Of a stretch of 64,000 nt of DNA, positions 24,116 to 37,400 are shown one piece after another; position 1 is the stretch's first letter, and every line of letters starts with the position of its first letter. A model generated the notes under the pieces. It was not told the origin of the DNA. It saw nothing but the letters and a program-made list of their open reading frames with translations, and made no database searches. The stretch covers positions 10,519 through 74,518 of the forward strand of contig CACNTU010000002.1 in assembly GCA_902623415.1 (NCBI GenBank). The letters run 5' to 3'. The position numbers were made by a program, and so were the translations under genes. The stretch is from an uncultured Pelagibacteraceae bacterium. Its GTDB lineage: Bacteria; Pseudomonadota; Alphaproteobacteria; Pelagibacterales; Pelagibacteraceae.

Positions 24116-24412
24116 TTATTTCTTCTCTGCTGTTGCTGGTTTAGCTTTTTTATCAGCCGGTGTATGACCAAAGAACGTTCTTGTTGGCGCAAACTCACCT
24201 AATTTATGTCCAACCATATCTTCTGAAACTGTTATTGGTATAAATTTTTTACCATTATAAATTTGGAAACTTACCCCTACAAAGTCCGGTAAAATTGTAG
24301 ATTTTCTTGACCAAGTTTTAATAGGAATTTTCTTTGGATCATCTTTATACTTGTCGACTTTCTTCATCAAGCTTTCTTCTACAAACGGACCTTTCCAAAC
24401 TGCTCTAGCCAT
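24116..24412 (-). CDS. rpsS: 30S ribosomal protein S19
   Basis: [18 protein letters not shown]. Confidence 0.98.
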   Translation of the reverse strand: MARAVWKGPFVEESLMKKVDKYKDDPKKIPIKTWSRKSTILPDFVGVSFQIYNGKKFIPITVSEDMVGHKLGEFAPTRTFFGHTPADKKAKPATAEKK

Positions 24413-25251
24413 TACTTAGTATCCTTCCTCTTATTTCTTCTCTTAACTATAAATTTATCTGTTCTTTTATTATCTCGAGTTTTTAAACCTTTAGCAGATT
24501 GTCCTGTTGGTGAAACTGGATGTCTTCCTCCAGCTGATTTTCCTTCTCCACCTCCATGTGGGTGATCAACTGGGTTTTTAACAACACCCCTAGTATGAGG
24601 TCTTCTACCCAACCATCTTGATCTACCTGCTTTTCCAATTTTAATGTTTTTTTGATCTGGATTACTTAAAATTCCAATTGTAGCTAAAGCTCTTGAATCT
24701 ATTTTTCTCACTTCACCTGAGGCTAGTTTTATTAAACTATAGTTTCCATCTAGACCACTAATAGTAACTGATGAACCAGCTGCTCTAGCAATTTTTCCAC
24801 CACCACCTGGCTGTATCTCAACATTATGTATATTGACACCTACTGGAATGTCTTGCAAAGGCATACAGTTACCTACTTTAATTTCTTTTTTGGAACCGCT
24901 TTCAACTTTATCTCCAACTTTAATTTTTTGTGGTGCTAAGAAATATGAGTGAGTACCATCCTCAAATTTAACTAACATAATGTAGCATGATCTATTTGGA
25001 TCATATTCAATTCTTTCAACTGTGGCTTCCATGTCGAATTTTTTTCGATAAAAATCCACATGTCTGTACATTTTTTTATGTCCACCAGCTCTATTAATAG
25101 AGGTGATATGACCATTATTATTTCTACCTTTCATTGCATTTTTAGGTGAAACTAGGGTCTTGAATGGTTTACCTTTCCATAAACCAGTTCTATCAACTAA
25201 AATGGTACCTCTTGTTGATTTTGTATATGGTTTAAAAGTTTTTAATGCCAT
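24412..25251 (-). CDS. rplB: 50S ribosomal protein L2
   Basis: [20 protein letters not shown]. Confidence 0.98.
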   Translation of the reverse strand: MALKTFKPYTKSTRGTILVDRTGLWKGKPFKTLVSPKNAMKGRNNNGHITSINRAGGHKKMYRHVDFYRKKFDMEATVERIEYDPNRSCYIMLVKFEDGTHSYFLAPQKIKVGDKVESGSKKEIKVGNCMPLQDIPVGVNIHNVEIQPGGGGKIARAAGSSVTISGLDGNYSLIKLASGEVRKIDSRALATIGILSNPDQKNIKIGKAGRSRWLGRRPHTRGVVKNPVDHPHGGGEGKSAGGRHPVSPTGQSAKGLKTRDNKRTDKFIVKRRNKRKDTK

Positions 25252-25254
25252 TTA

Positions 25255-25548
25255 TTAAATTCCTGTTGTTAGATCAATGCTCTGACCTTTTTTTAAAGTA
25301 ATTATTGCTTTTTTATATCCAGATACTTTTACTTTTTTGCCTCTGGTAACTTTTGTTCTGTTTTGTTTGTTTATAATATTTATCTTAGTCACATTAACTT
25401 TAAATATTTTTTCAATATTTTTTTTTAAATTTTTTTTATTTGCACCATCTGGAACTTTAAAAACAATTTTATTCAGTTCAGACAAGTTAGTTGATTTCTC
25501 AGTAACCACAGGTGATAGAATTTTGTCGTATAAATGAATTTTTTCCAT
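25255..25548 (-). CDS. rplW: 50S ribosomal protein L23
   Basis: PVVTEKS, KKAIITL. Confidence 0.97.
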   Translation of the reverse strand: MEKIHLYDKILSPVVTEKSTNLSELNKIVFKVPDGANKKNLKKNIEKIFKVNVTKINIINKQNRTKVTRGKKVKVSGYKKAIITLKKGQSIDLTTGI

Positions 25549-25549
25549 T

Positions 25550-26173
25550 TTATGAATATCTCTTTTCTAATTCTTTCACTGAACTTTCTGTGAAAACAAC
25601 TTTTTTAAATTTAATAATATCGTAAGCACTAAAATGATTTACATCAGTAACTTTAACATTTGGAATATTTCTCACTGATTTTTCAATTTTTTCTTTAGAA
25701 TTTTTATCCAAAATTATTAGTGAATTTTTAATTTCAAGTTTATTAATAATTGAATTCATTTCTTTTGTTTTTTTAATTTCAGAACTAAAATCATTTAAGA
25801 TTAATAAATTTTTATTATTATTTTTTTCAGTAATTAATGAAGCTACGCTCTGTTTTTTCTCAGTTTTATTTAATTTTCTTTTCTTGTATGCTAATTCACC
25901 TTTTGGTCCATGAGCAATACCTCCACCAACAAATATAGGAGCTTTTCTACTAGCATGCCTTGCACCACCAGTCCCTTTTTGAGCATATATTTTTGAAGTT
26001 GGTCCTTTTACCTCATTTTGTTGTTTAGTTTTGGCATGTCTTCCTTTGTAATTAGCATTTGTTTTATAAAGAACAGCGCTAACTAATCTATGATTAATTT
26101 TTGCAGAAAAAATCTTATCCAAAACTTCAATACTATCTTTTTTCCCGTCTATACTAATTTTATCTAATTTCAT
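25550..26173 (-). CDS. rplD: 50S ribosomal protein L4
   Basis: QKGTGGARH, GGGIAHGPK. Confidence 0.98.
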   Translation of the reverse strand: MKLDKISIDGKKDSIEVLDKIFSAKINHRLVSAVLYKTNANYKGRHAKTKQQNEVKGPTSKIYAQKGTGGARHASRKAPIFVGGGIAHGPKGELAYKKRKLNKTEKKQSVASLITEKNNNKNLLILNDFSSEIKKTKEMNSIINKLEIKNSLIILDKNSKEKIEKSVRNIPNVKVTDVNHFSAYDIIKFKKVVFTESSVKELEKRYS

Positions 26174-26883
26174 TATTTTTTCTTTTTCTCAGGTGTTTTT
26201 TTAGCCTCTTCAGCAGCTGCTTGTTTCTCACCAATTGTCATTTTGCTTATATTTTTTATTGATTTTTTAACCATTACTTCAGAATTTTTTGAACCAGGTA
26301 TTGATCCTTTTAAGTAAAGAAGTTCATTTTCTAAGTCCGTTTTTATTATTTCAATATTTTGCATTGTTCTTAGCTTGTCACCCATATGACCAGCCATTTT
26401 TTTTCCTTTAAAAACTTTTCCTGGATCTTGACTATGCCCAGTTGAACCATGTGCTCTATGAGATATTGAAACACCGTGACTGGCTCTTAAGCCACCAAAA
26501 TTATGTCTTTTCATTGCACCTGCAAAACCTTTACCAATTGTCTTTGATCTTGTGTCTACAAATTTAATATCTTTGAATATTTCTAAACCAAACTCGTTTC
26601 CCTCTTTGTAAACAGATGTATCATTTACTCTAAATTCTTTTAATTTTTTCTTAGCTTCAGTATTTTTTTTGGAAAAAACACCTTTCATTGCTTTTGTTAA
26701 TTTTGAATTTTTAATTTTTCCATATCCAAGTTGAACAGCTTTATATCCTCTTTTTTCCTCTTCAATAACCTGAATAACTCTAGCTTTTTCAACCTTAAGC
26801 ACTGTTACAGGAACTAATTGACCAGATTTATAGAATTCTCTCGTCATTCCTATTTTTTTTCCTAATAAAGCTATCTCGCTCAT
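26173..26883 (-). CDS. rplC: 50S ribosomal protein L3
   Basis: GKKIGMT, GKGFAGAMKRH, KMAGHMG. Confidence 0.98.
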   Translation of the reverse strand: MSEIALLGKKIGMTREFYKSGQLVPVTVLKVEKARVIQVIEEEKRGYKAVQLGYGKIKNSKLTKAMKGVFSKKNTEAKKKLKEFRVNDTSVYKEGNEFGLEIFKDIKFVDTRSKTIGKGFAGAMKRHNFGGLRASHGVSISHRAHGSTGHSQDPGKVFKGKKMAGHMGDKLRTMQNIEIIKTDLENELLYLKGSIPGSKNSEVMVKKSIKNISKMTIGEKQAAAEEAKKTPEKKKK

Positions 26884-26885
26884 GA

Positions 26886-27194
26886 TTAAATTTTTATCTC
26901 CACATCTACACCAGAAGCCAAATCAAGTTTCATCAAAGCTTCTACAGTTTGTGGTGTTGGTTCAATAATATCTATTAATCTTTTGTGTGTTCTTGATTCA
27001 AATTGTTCTCTACTTTTCTTATCTATGTGAGGTGATCTTAATACAGTATATCTTTCAATTCTTGTAGGTAATGGAATAGGTCCTTTAATTGTAGCCCCAG
27101 TTCTTTTTACTGTGTTTACAATTTCCTCTGTAGAAGCGTCTAGAACCTTATTATCGTAAGCTCTTAATTTTATTCTTATATTTTGCTTTTCCAT
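26886..27194 (-). CDS. rpsJ: 30S ribosomal protein S10
   Basis: [19 protein letters not shown]. Confidence 0.98.
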   Translation of the reverse strand: MEKQNIRIKLRAYDNKVLDASTEEIVNTVKRTGATIKGPIPLPTRIERYTVLRSPHIDKKSREQFESRTHKRLIDIIEPTPQTVEALMKLDLASGVDVEIKI

Positions 27195-29272
27195 TATCCA
27201 GCTACCTTTTTAGTTACTTCGTCTTGAACGTTTTGTGGGACTTTTGAATAATGATCAAAGAACATTGAATATTGCGCTCTACCTTGTGACATTGATCTAA
27301 GATTATTTATATAACCGAACATATTTGCTAGAGGAACCATAGCTGTAATTACAGTGGCATTTCCTCTTTGCTCTTGAGTACTAATTTGACCTCTTCTACT
27401 ATTTAAATCTCCAATAACGTCTCCCATATAATCTTCAGGAGTAACAACTTCTACTCTCATTATTGGTTCTAAAAGTTTTAAACCACCTTGAGTACAAGCT
27501 TCTTTAAAACATGCTCTACTTGCAAGTTCAAAAGCTAAAACGCTTGAGTCAACATCGTGATGTAAACCATCAACAATAGTTACTTTATAATCAATCATTG
27601 GGAAACCTGCCAAAATTCCACTATCAGAAACAGTTTCAATACCTTTTTCAACACCAGGAATAAATTCTTTTGGAATAGCACCACCTTTAATTGCACTTTC
27701 AACTTCTCTTCCTTTTCCAGGTTCTTGAGGTTCAACAAATAATTTTACTTTAGCAAACTGACCAGCACCACCACTTTGTTTTTTATGTATGTATTCATAC
27801 TCAGCAGATTTTTCTATAGTTTCTCTGTAAGCAACTTGTGGAGCACCTACGTTTGCTTCAACTTTAAATTCTCTTTTCATTCGATCAACAATAATATCTA
27901 AGTGAAGTTCACCCATACCTTTAATAATTGTTTGACCTGACTCTTCATCTGAAGAAACTCTAAATGACGGATCCTCCTTAGCTAATCTTGCTAAAGCTTC
28001 ACCCATTTTTTCTTGGTCACCTTTTGTTTTTGGCTCTACAGCAATTTCAATTACTGGCTCTGGGAATTCCATTGGCTCTAACAACACTGGATTTTCTTTG
28101 TCACATAAAGTGTGACCAGTCATAGTATTTTTTAATCCTGCTAGTGAAACAATATCACCTGCATTAGCTTCTTTAATATCTTCTCTTGAATTAGCATGCA
28201 TTAAAAGCATACGACCAACTCTTTCTTCCTTATCAGATGAAGAGTTGTATACGGCAGTTCCAGACTTAATTGTACCAGAATAAATTCTAACGAATGTTAA
28301 AGAACCTACAAAAGGATCGTTTGCAACTTTAAATGCTAAACCAGAAAAAGATGAACCATCATCAAATTTCATTTCTATTTCATCTTCTGATCCAACTTTT
28401 GTTCCTTTAATTGAACCAATATCAACCGGACTTGGTAAGTAGTTGACAACTGCATCTAGTAAAGGCTGAACACCTTTATTTTTAAAGGCAGATCCAGTTA
28501 AAACTGGAACAAAACTAAAATTTAATGTTCCTTTTCTTATACATTTAACTAAATCTTCTTCCTTAATTTCGTCTCCATTTAAGTAAGATTCCATTAATTT
28601 TTCATCTTGTTCTACAGCAGTTTCGATTAATTCTGTTCTATACTTTTCAGTTATTTCTTTAAGATCATCAGGAATATCTTTGTATTCCCATTCTGCACCT
28701 AAAGCCTCATTTTTCCAAACTTGAGCTTTCATTTTAACTAAATCAACAACTCCAGTTAAAGAAGCTTCAATTCCAATAGGAACTTGTAATACTAATGGCT
28801 TAGCGCCCAATCTATCTCTAATCATGTCTACACATCTAAAGAAATCAGCGCCTGTTCTATCAAGCTTATTTACAAAACAAATTCTTGGAACTTTGTATTT
28901 ATCCGCTTGTCTCCACACTGTTTCGGATTGTGGTTCTACACCTGCTACACCATCAAAAACAGCTACTGCACCATCTAAAACTTTTAAAGATCTTTCTACT
29001 TCAATAGTAAAGTCTACGTGACCTGGAGTGTCTATAATGTTAACTCTGTGATCATTCCAAAAACAAGTAGTTGCTGCGGAAGTAATTGTAATACCTCTTT
29101 CTTGTTCTTGTTCCATCCAATCCATTGTTGCTGCACCATCGTGCACTTCACCAATTTTATGACTTTTACCTGTGTAATATAAAATTCTTTCTGTGGTAGT
29201 TGTTTTACCAGCATCTATATGGGCCATGATCCCAATGTTTCTATATTTATCTAATGAATGAGTTCTAGCCAT
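27194..29272 (-). CDS. fusA: Elongation factor G
   Basis: [24 protein letters not shown]. Confidence 0.99.
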   Translation of the reverse strand: MARTHSLDKYRNIGIMAHIDAGKTTTTERILYYTGKSHKIGEVHDGAATMDWMEQEQERGITITSAATTCFWNDHRVNIIDTPGHVDFTIEVERSLKVLDGAVAVFDGVAGVEPQSETVWRQADKYKVPRICFVNKLDRTGADFFRCVDMIRDRLGAKPLVLQVPIGIEASLTGVVDLVKMKAQVWKNEALGAEWEYKDIPDDLKEITEKYRTELIETAVEQDEKLMESYLNGDEIKEEDLVKCIRKGTLNFSFVPVLTGSAFKNKGVQPLLDAVVNYLPSPVDIGSIKGTKVGSEDEIEMKFDDGSSFSGLAFKVANDPFVGSLTFVRIYSGTIKSGTAVYNSSSDKEERVGRMLLMHANSREDIKEANAGDIVSLAGLKNTMTGHTLCDKENPVLLEPMEFPEPVIEIAVEPKTKGDQEKMGEALARLAKEDPSFRVSSDEESGQTIIKGMGELHLDIIVDRMKREFKVEANVGAPQVAYRETIEKSAEYEYIHKKQSGGAGQFAKVKLFVEPQEPGKGREVESAIKGGAIPKEFIPGVEKGIETVSDSGILAGFPMIDYKVTIVDGLHHDVDSSVLAFELASRACFKEACTQGGLKLLEPIMRVEVVTPEDYMGDVIGDLNSRRGQISTQEQRGNATVITAMVPLANMFGYINNLRSMSQGRAQYSMFFDHYSKVPQNVQDEVTKKVAG

Positions 29273-29278
29273 ATCTTA

Positions 29279-29749
29279 TTACCACCTAAAATGAGCAAAT
29301 GCCTTATTAGACTCTGCCATTTTATGTACATCCTCTCTTTTTTTAACAGCAGCACCCTTTTTTTCATAAGCATCGTAAAGCTCATTAAAAATTTTATCTG
29401 CCATGTGTTTATCTTTTCTTTTTCTTGCTGACTCAACTAACCATCTGATAGCTAAGGCTTGTGCTCTTTTGCTTTTTACCTCAACAGGAACTTGATAAGT
29501 TGCACCACCAACTCTTCTAGATCTAACTTCTACAGTTGGTTTGATATTGTTAATTGCCTCATTAAAAATATTAATTGGTTCATCTTTAGTTTTTGTTTTA
29601 ATTTTATCTATAGCGTCATAAACTATTTTAGCAGCAATACCTCTTTTGCCGTCATACATGATATTGTTGATTAATTTAGGAATAATAGTTGATTTGAATT
29701 TTGGATCTGGAACTACATTTTTTTTTGGTTGAGTTTTTTTTCTAGACAT
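29279..29749 (-). CDS. rpsG: 30S ribosomal protein S7
   Basis: RRVGGATYQVP, NKAFAHFRW. Confidence 0.98.
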   Translation of the reverse strand: MSRKKTQPKKNVVPDPKFKSTIIPKLINNIMYDGKRGIAAKIVYDAIDKIKTKTKDEPINIFNEAINNIKPTVEVRSRRVGGATYQVPVEVKSKRAQALAIRWLVESARKRKDKHMADKIFNELYDAYEKKGAAVKKREDVHKMAESNKAFAHFRW

Positions 29750-30120
29750 TATTTACCTTTTTTTGTTCCGTATAAAGATCTTCTTTGTTTTCTATTTGCA
29801 ACACCTTGGGTATCTAAATTACCTCTTAAAATATGATAACGAACACCTGGTAAATCTTTTACCCTACCGCCTCTAATCAGTACTACTGAGTGTTCTTGAA
29901 GGTTATGACCTTCTCCAGGAATATAAGCTGTAACTTCAAATCCATTTGACAATCTCACTCTAGCAACTTTTCTTAATGCAGAGTTTGGTTTCTTAGGTGT
30001 TGTTGTATAAACTTTAACACAAACACCTCTCTTTAAAGGTTGTTTTTGTAGAGCAGGAACTTTGTTCCTAGCAGCTGGCTTAACTCTTTTTTTTCTTAAC
30101 AACTGATTAATAGTTGGCAT
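29749..30120 (-). CDS. rpsL: 30S ribosomal protein S12
   Basis: [17 protein letters not shown]; start trimmed to ATG at 30120. Confidence 0.98.
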   Translation of the reverse strand: MPTINQLLRKKRVKPAARNKVPALQKQPLKRGVCVKVYTTTPKKPNSALRKVARVRLSNGFEVTAYIPGEGHNLQEHSVVLIRGGRVKDLPGVRYHILRGNLDTQGVANRKQRRSLYGTKKGK

Positions 30121-30290
30121 AAATTTTTTAAAATTAATTAATTTATTTTTAGATGAAAATAACTGACAGGTTATTTTGTGGCAGCGTTTAGTACTGTTAG
30201 AAGTACTACATTCCAACCAAAAACATCGCCAAATTACTTATTAATAGCTCTTTGTCAAACTAAAACTGCAATTTTTAGGCGATTTTTTTA

Positions 30291-33200
30291 TTAATTTGCC
30301 TGTGTTTCTTCAGGTTCTGAGGCTTCTATTTTATCCTGCTCTGCTAAGAAATTATTATCATCTTCTAGAGCTTTATTGTTCCATCTATTTTTAATATTAC
30401 CAGTACCTGCTGGAACTAATCTTCCAACAATTACGTTTTCTTTTAGACCATTTAATGGATCAACTTTTCCTTTAATTGCAGCATCGGTTAGTACCCTTGT
30501 AGTTTCTTGGAAAGAAGCTGCTGAAATAAAAGATTCAGTTTGAAGTGAAGCTTTAGTGATGCCCATTAGAACTCTCTCACCAACAGCTGGTGTTTTACCC
30601 TCTGCTACTAATTTTTCATTGGTATTATCAAACTTAATTCTGTCAACTACTTCACCAGGTAAATAACTTGAGTCCCCTGATAATTTAACTTCAACTTTTT
30701 TAAGCATTTGTCTTAAGATAGTTTCGATGTGTTTATCGTTTATTATTACACCCTGTAATCTATAGACTTCTTGAACTTGGTTAACAAAATATTCTGTTAA
30801 TTCTTTTATTCCTAAAATTCTTAAAATATCATGTGGCAATGGTTGGCCATCTAAAAGATATTCTCCTTTTTGAATTTTTTCACCAGGGTTGAAATTGATA
30901 TGTTTACCTTTTGGAATTAAATAATTTGAAGGTTCTGATCCATCTTCAGGAACAATAGATACTCTTTGTTTACCTCTTACCTCTTTACCAAAAACAACAC
31001 TTCCATCATTTTCGGCAATGATTGCACTGTCCTTAGCTTTTCTAGCTTCAAATAACTCAGCAACTCTTGGAAGACCTCCAGTAATATCTTTTGTTTTTGT
31101 AGTTTCCTTTGGCAATCTTGCAATTACGTCACCTGCATAAACTTTTTGACCGTCTTTAATTGATAAAATCGAATCTGGTACTAAATAATATCTAGCCTCA
31201 TTATCATCAGCTTTTTTAATCACATTTCCTTTTTCATCTCTTAGAGTAATTCTAGGTTTTAAATCAGTGCTTTTTGATTGACCTCTCCAATCAATTACTG
31301 ATTTAGAAGAAATTCCTGTTGCATCGTCAGTAGTTTCTTGAATTGAAACACCATCAATTAGATCTACATAACTAGCTGTACCACTTTTCTCTGCTATAAC
31401 TGGTGTTGTGTAAGGATCCCATTCACATATCTTAGTATTCGCTTTTACTTTATCACCGTTATTAAAAAATAATCTTGATCCATATGCAACTTTATAAACT
31501 GCAATTTGAACTCCATTATCATCCTCAATTGAAAGCTGAGTATTTCTACCCATTACAATTAAATTCTTTTTAGAGTCCTCTAATATATTTGAGTTTATAA
31601 TTTTTAATGTTCCTTCATTTTTAGTTACAATTTGTGAGTCCTGTTTAACAGAGGCAGTTCCACCTACGTGGAAAGTTCTCATTGTTAACTGTGTTCCTGG
31701 TTCACCGATTGACTGTGCGGAAATCATTCCAATAGCTTCACCAACATGAACCATTTTACCTCTAGATAAATCTCTTCCGTAAGAAGTAGCACAAACACCT
31801 TCTTTTGAACCACAAGTCATTACTGAGTAAACTTTTATTGATTTTACCCCTGCAGCATCAATTTTATCACATCCAGCCTCATCGATCATGGTTTGTTTTT
31901 TGATTATTACTTCACCAGTTAAAGGATGTTTAATCTCATCAAATGTAACTCTACCAAGCGCTCTTTCAGAAAGGCTTACTACTACATTACCACCTTCTAA
32001 AATTTCAGAGAGTTCGATAAATCCTGGATTTTTACAGTCACAAGCTTTTTTGGTAACAGTTAAATCTTGAGCTACATCACAAAGTCTTCTCGTTAAATAT
32101 CCAGAACTAGCTGTTTTAAGCGCTGTATCTGCTAAACCTTTTCTAGCTCCGTGTGTTGAGTTGAAATACTCCAAAGCAGTTAATCCCTCTTTAAAGTTTG
32201 AAATAATTGGGCTTTCAATAATTTCACCTGAAGGTTTAGCAATCAAACCTCTCATACCAGCTAATTGTTTCATTTGAGCAGCAGATCCTCTCGCTCCACT
32301 ATCTGCCATCATAAATACAGAATTTATTTTCAATCCTTCATCAGTTTTTTCTGTAGCTGAAATTCCTTTCATCATTTCTCCAGCAACTTTATCTGTACAC
32401 TTAGACCAAGCATCAACAACTTTGTTGTATTTTTCGCCTCTTGTAATTAAACCTTCAGCATATTGAGTTTCATAATCTGCAATTAATTTCTTAGTATCAT
32501 CAATTAATTGAGTTTTATTTTCAGGGATTACAAGATCGTCTTTTCCAAACGAAATTCCTGCTTTAAATGCGTGTTTAAATCCTAAATCTTTAAGCTTGTC
32601 ACAGAAAATTACAGTTGTTTTTTGACCACAAAATCTAAAAACAACATCAATTATTTCTGAAACTACTTTTTTAGGTAATAATCTATCTACTAAAGAGAAC
32701 TTAATGTTGCTATTTTTAGGTAATAAATTTGCTAATAAAAATCTTCCAGCTGTAGAAGTGTATTTTTCCATTTTTTTATTACCTTGATCATCTACAGTTT
32801 CAAATCTTGAAATGATAGTACTATGTACATTTATTTGGCCAGATGATAATGCAAATTCAATTTGATCTGAGTTTGTAAAGTATCCTGCTGGTTTATCGGA
32901 TATAGGTTCTTGTGAAAGATAGTAAATTCCTAAAATCATATCCTGACTCGGAACAATAATTGGTTTACCATTTGATGGAGAAAGAATATTATTTGTAGAT
33001 AACATTAATATTCTTGCTTCTAATTGAGCTTCTAAACTTAATGGAACGTGAACTGCCATTTGGTCACCATCAAAGTCAGCGTTAAATGCTGCACAAGTTA
33101 AAGGGTGTAATTCAATTGCATCTCCTTCAATTAATTTTGGCTCAAATGCTTGAACTCCAAGTCTATGAAGTGTTGGTGCTCTATTTAAAAGTACCGGATG

Positions 33201-34466
33201 CTCTCTAACTATTAATTCTAAAGCGTCCCAAACTGCATTTGTTTCTTTTTCAACTAATTTTTTAGCTTGCTTGATTGTTGATGCTAATCCTAATTTATTT
33301 AATCTTGCATACAAAAATGGTTTAAATAATTCTAAAGCCATTTTTTTAGGCAAACCACACTCATGTAATTTTAAATCTGGACCAACAACAATTACTGATC
33401 TTCCTGAATAATCAACTCTTTTACCCAATAAATTTTGTCTAAATCTTCCTTGTTTACCTTTTAGCATTTCAGCGAGAGATTTAAGTGGTCGCTTACCTGT
33501 ACCTGTAATTACTCTACCTCTTCTACCATTATCAAATAGAGCATCTACAGACTCTTGAAGCATTCTTTTTTCATTTCTTACAATAATATCTGGGGCTTTA
33601 AGATCCATTAATCTTTTCAATCTGTTATTTCTATTTATTACCCTTCTATATAGATCGTTAAGATCTGAAGTGGCAAATCTTCCACCGTCTAGAGGAACTA
33701 ATGGTCTTAATTCTGGTGGTATAACTGGTACAACAGTCATAATCATCCACTCAGGTTTTTGACCTGTTTCAATAAATGACTCTATTAATTTTAATCTTTT
33801 AATTGCTCTTTCTTCATTAACTTTTGATTTAGTATCTTTAATAAAGCTAACAAGATTTTTTCTTTCAAATTCTAAATCTAAATTTTTCAGCATCTCAAGA
33901 ACAGCTTCTGCTCCAATTCCCGCTGTAAAACTTTCTTCACCAAACTCATCCTGGTATTTTGCTAATTCTTCCTCATTTAAAAGTTGATTTTTTTGTAAAC
34001 CAGTTAAACCAGGTTCTATTACAATAAAGTTTTCAAAATAAAGGACTCTCTCTATTTCTTTTAATTTCATGTCTACTGCTAAGGCAATTCTGCTTGGAAG
34101 AGACTTCAAGAACCAAATATGTGCAACCGGTGTTGCAAGGTTAATGTGGCCCATTCTTTCTCTTCTTACATTTGATTTTGTAACCTCAACACCACATTTC
34201 TCACAGATAATTCCTCTAAATTTCATTCGTTTATACTTGCCGCATAAACACTCATAATCTTTTATTGGTCCAAAAATCCTTGCGCAGAATAAACCATCTT
34301 TTTCAGGTCTAAACGTTCTATAATTAATTGTTTCAGGCTTTTTAATTTCACCAAATGTCCAAGATTTAATTTTCTCTGGGCTAGCAAGTGAAATTTTAAT
34401 GCTATTAAAATTTTGAGCTTCTGAAATTTCGCTGCCCTTAAATAGATCTGTTAATTCTTTTTTCAT
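30291..34466 (-). CDS. rpoC: RNA polymerase beta' subunit
   Basis: [12 protein letters not shown] catalytic motif, N-terminal Zn finger. Confidence 0.99.
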   Translation of the reverse strand: MKKELTDLFKGSEISEAQNFNSIKISLASPEKIKSWTFGEIKKPETINYRTFRPEKDGLFCARIFGPIKDYECLCGKYKRMKFRGIICEKCGVEVTKSNVRRERMGHINLATPVAHIWFLKSLPSRIALAVDMKLKEIERVLYFENFIVIEPGLTGLQKNQLLNEEELAKYQDEFGEESFTAGIGAEAVLEMLKNLDLEFERKNLVSFIKDTKSKVNEERAIKRLKLIESFIETGQKPEWMIMTVVPVIPPELRPLVPLDGGRFATSDLNDLYRRVINRNNRLKRLMDLKAPDIIVRNEKRMLQESVDALFDNGRRGRVITGTGKRPLKSLAEMLKGKQGRFRQNLLGKRVDYSGRSVIVVGPDLKLHECGLPKKMALELFKPFLYARLNKLGLASTIKQAKKLVEKETNAVWDALELIVREHPVLLNRAPTLHRLGVQAFEPKLIEGDAIELHPLTCAAFNADFDGDQMAVHVPLSLEAQLEARILMLSTNNILSPSNGKPIIVPSQDMILGIYYLSQEPISDKPAGYFTNSDQIEFALSSGQINVHSTIISRFETVDDQGNKKMEKYTSTAGRFLLANLLPKNSNIKFSLVDRLLPKKVVSEIIDVVFRFCGQKTTVIFCDKLKDLGFKHAFKAGISFGKDDLVIPENKTQLIDDTKKLIADYETQYAEGLITRGEKYNKVVDAWSKCTDKVAGEMMKGISATEKTDEGLKINSVFMMADSGARGSAAQMKQLAGMRGLIAKPSGEIIESPIISNFKEGLTALEYFNSTHGARKGLADTALKTASSGYLTRRLCDVAQDLTVTKKACDCKNPGFIELSEILEGGNVVVSLSERALGRVTFDEIKHPLTGEVIIKKQTMIDEAGCDKIDAAGVKSIKVYSVMTCGSKEGVCATSYGRDLSRGKMVHVGEAIGMISAQSIGEPGTQLTMRTFHVGGTASVKQDSQIVTKNEGTLKIINSNILEDSKKNLIVMGRNTQLSIEDDNGVQIAVYKVAYGSRLFFNNGDKVKANTKICEWDPYTTPVIAEKSGTASYVDLIDGVSIQETTDDATGISSKSVIDWRGQSKSTDLKPRITLRDEKGNVIKKADDNEARYYLVPDSILSIKDGQKVYAGDVIARLPKETTKTKDITGGLPRVAELFEARKAKDSAIIAENDGSVVFGKEVRGKQRVSIVPEDGSEPSNYLIPKGKHINFNPGEKIQKGEYLLDGQPLPHDILRILGIKELTEYFVNQVQEVYRLQGVIINDKHIETILRQMLKKVEVKLSGDSSYLPGEVVDRIKFDNTNEKLVAEGKTPAVGERVLMGITKASLQTESFISAASFQETTRVLTDAAIKGKVDPLNGLKENVIVGRLVPAGTGNIKNRWNNKALEDDNNFLAEQDKIEASEPEETQAN

Positions 34467-37400
34467 TAATTAAGCTCCACATTTAATGCTAATGATTTAA
34501 TCTCTTTAACTAAAACGTTAAACGACTCTGGTATACCTGACTCAAAGTTTTCTTCACCTTTAACTATAGTCTCATAAACTTTAACTCTTCCTGCAACGTC
34601 ATCGGATTTAACAGTTAAAATTTCCTGTAATGTATATGATGCACCATATGCTTCAAGAGCCCACACTTCCATTTCACCAAATCTTTGACCACCTAACTGT
34701 GCTTTACCACCAAGAGGTTGTTGTGTAACCAAACTGTAAGGTCCAGTAGATCTTGCATGAATTTTATCTTCAACTAAGTGATGAAGTTTTAGCATGTAAA
34801 TTATTCCAACAGTAACCGGTCTATCAAATTTCTCTCCTGTTCTTCCATCCCATAAATAAGTTTGTCCTGATCCTGGTAGATTTGCCAGTTCAAGCATCTC
34901 AGTAACATTTTTTTCTTTAGCACCATCAAAAACAGGTGTTGAGATTGCGATACCATTTTGTAAATTTTCACAAAGATCTTTGAATTCACTCTTACTTAAT
35001 TTATCTACTTTTTCGTTGAAAATTTCTTCTCCATAAACTGATTTTAAAAATTTTTCGATTTTTTCTGTTCTTTCAATTTTTTTGTTATTTTCATTTACTA
35101 AATTTTTAACTTGTTCACCAAATTCTTTACATGCCCAACCTAAATGCGTCTCTAAAATCTGTCCAACGTTCATCCTACTTGGAACACCCAGAGGATTTAA
35201 TACAATGTCAACCGGTCTGCCGTCTTCTCTGTAAGGCATATCTTCAACAGGTACAATCTTACTTACAACTCCTTTATTTCCGTGTCTTCCAGACATTTTA
35301 TCACCAGGTCTTAATCTTCTTTTGATAGCAACGAATACTTTTACCATTTTCATAACACTTGGTAATAAATCATCACCACTTCTAATTTTTAAAACTTTAT
35401 CTTCAAATCTCTCAGTTATGTCTTGTTTCGCTTTATTATATTGATCTTTTAATTGAGCTAATGTTGCCTCGTCATTTACATTTCCTACTGTGATTTTGAA
35501 AACATCATTAATTGATAATGTATTAATTGTATCAAAATCTAACTTAGTTCCTTCTGATAAATCTTTTACTTTTTTATTTAAAGACGATCCTGATAGGAAT
35601 TGTGAAGCTCTTTGTTTAATACTTCTTTCTAATATTTCTTCCTCAACAATTTTATCTTGTTGAACTTGCTCAATTTCAGCTCTTTCAATTGTTATTGATC
35701 TTTCGTCCTTCTCAATTCCATGTCTATTGAATACTCTTACATCAACTACTGTTCCACTTGATCCTCTAGACATTCTTAAAGATGTATCGGTTACATCAAT
35801 AGCTTTTTCTCCAAAAATTGATCTTAATAATTTTTCTTCTGGACCAGATGCTGAGTCTCCTTTTGGAGTAACTTTACCTACTAAAATATCTCCAGCATTT
35901 ACCTCCGCACCAATATAAACTATTCCTGATTCATCAAGGTTTTTTAAAGCCTCTTCATTCACATTTGGTATATCTCTTGTTATTTCCTCTTCACCAAGCT
36001 TTGTATCTCTCGCCATTATTTCGTATTCAACAATATGAACAGATGTAAATACGTCATCTGTAACACATCTTTCTGAAATAAGGATCGAGTCTTCAAAGTT
36101 GTAACCCTGCCATGGCATGAAAGCTACTGTAACATTCTTACCTAAGGCAAGTTCGCCTAATTTCGTTGAAGGACCGTCGGCAATGATATCTCCAGATTTT
36201 ACTTTATCACCAACTCTAACTAGTGGTCTTTGATTTATACAAGTATTTTGGTTTGATCTTTTAAATTTTTGAAGGTTATATATATCTACACCAGACTTAC
36301 TAAAATCTGTTTCTTCTGTTACTTTTATAACAATTCTTTTACCATCTATTTTATCAACAATCCCATCACGCTTAGCAACAATAGTTACACCAGAGTCTAA
36401 AGCAACATCACTTTCAATACCTGTACCAACAAGCGGAGACTCGGGTTTTAATAATGGAACTGCCTGCCTCATCATGTTTGATCCCATTAAGGCTCTGTTT
36501 GCATCATCATTTTCTAAGAATGGTATTAATGATGCTGCAACTGAAACTAATTGTTTTGGTGAAACGTCAATGTAATCAATAGAGTCAGGTTTAGCTAAAA
36601 GAAAGTTTAGATTTTGTCTGCATGAAACTAGTTCTTCAGTAATTTTTCCATTTTTATCAAGTTTTGTATTTGCTTGAGCAATAGTGAATTTTGTTTCTTC
36701 CATTGCTGATAAGTATTCTACTTTATCTTGAACAACACCGTCTTTGACTTTTTTATATGGACTTTCAATAAATCCATACTTATTAATTTTTGCATAAGTA
36801 GATAAACTATTAATCAAACCAATATTTGGACCCTCTGGTGTTTCAATTGGACAAATTCTTCCATAGTGAGTTGGATGGACATCCCTGACTTCAAAACCTG
36901 CTCTTTCTCTTGTTAAACCACCTGGACCTAACGCTGAAACTCTTCTTTTATGAGTAATTTCAGATAAAGGATTTGTTTGATCCATAAACTGAGAAAGTTG
37001 TGAACTTGCAAAAAAATCTTTCAATGAAACTGTTAATGGTTTTGCATTAATTAGATCTTGTGGCATTGCTGACTCAACATCTAAAGTTGTCATTTTTTCC
37101 TTAATTGCTCTTTCCATTCTGTAAACACCAATTCTAGCTTGGTTCTCAACTAGCTCTCCAACAGAACGAACTCTTCTATTTCCTAGGTGATCAATGTCAT
37201 CAACATCGTCTTTACCATCACGTAAATCGAGCATTTTATGAATAATTGCTATGATATCGTCATTTCTTAATATGGTAATTTTATCAGAACATTCTTGGTT
37301 TAATCTTGAGTTCATTTTAACTCTTCCTACATCAGATAAATCATATCTGTCTGAGCTAAAGAAAAGATTATTAAATATTTGAGTTGCTATCTCTATAGTT

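Noticed and set aside
30121-30216. N-terminal extension of S12 in the ORF track
   Set aside because: Canonical MPTINQL start is at 30120; the extension is leader DNA.
30217-30290. Riboswitch or terminator between rpoC and rpsL
   Set aside because: Only a short ATCGCC/GGCGAT complement with a long loop; no recognisable family.
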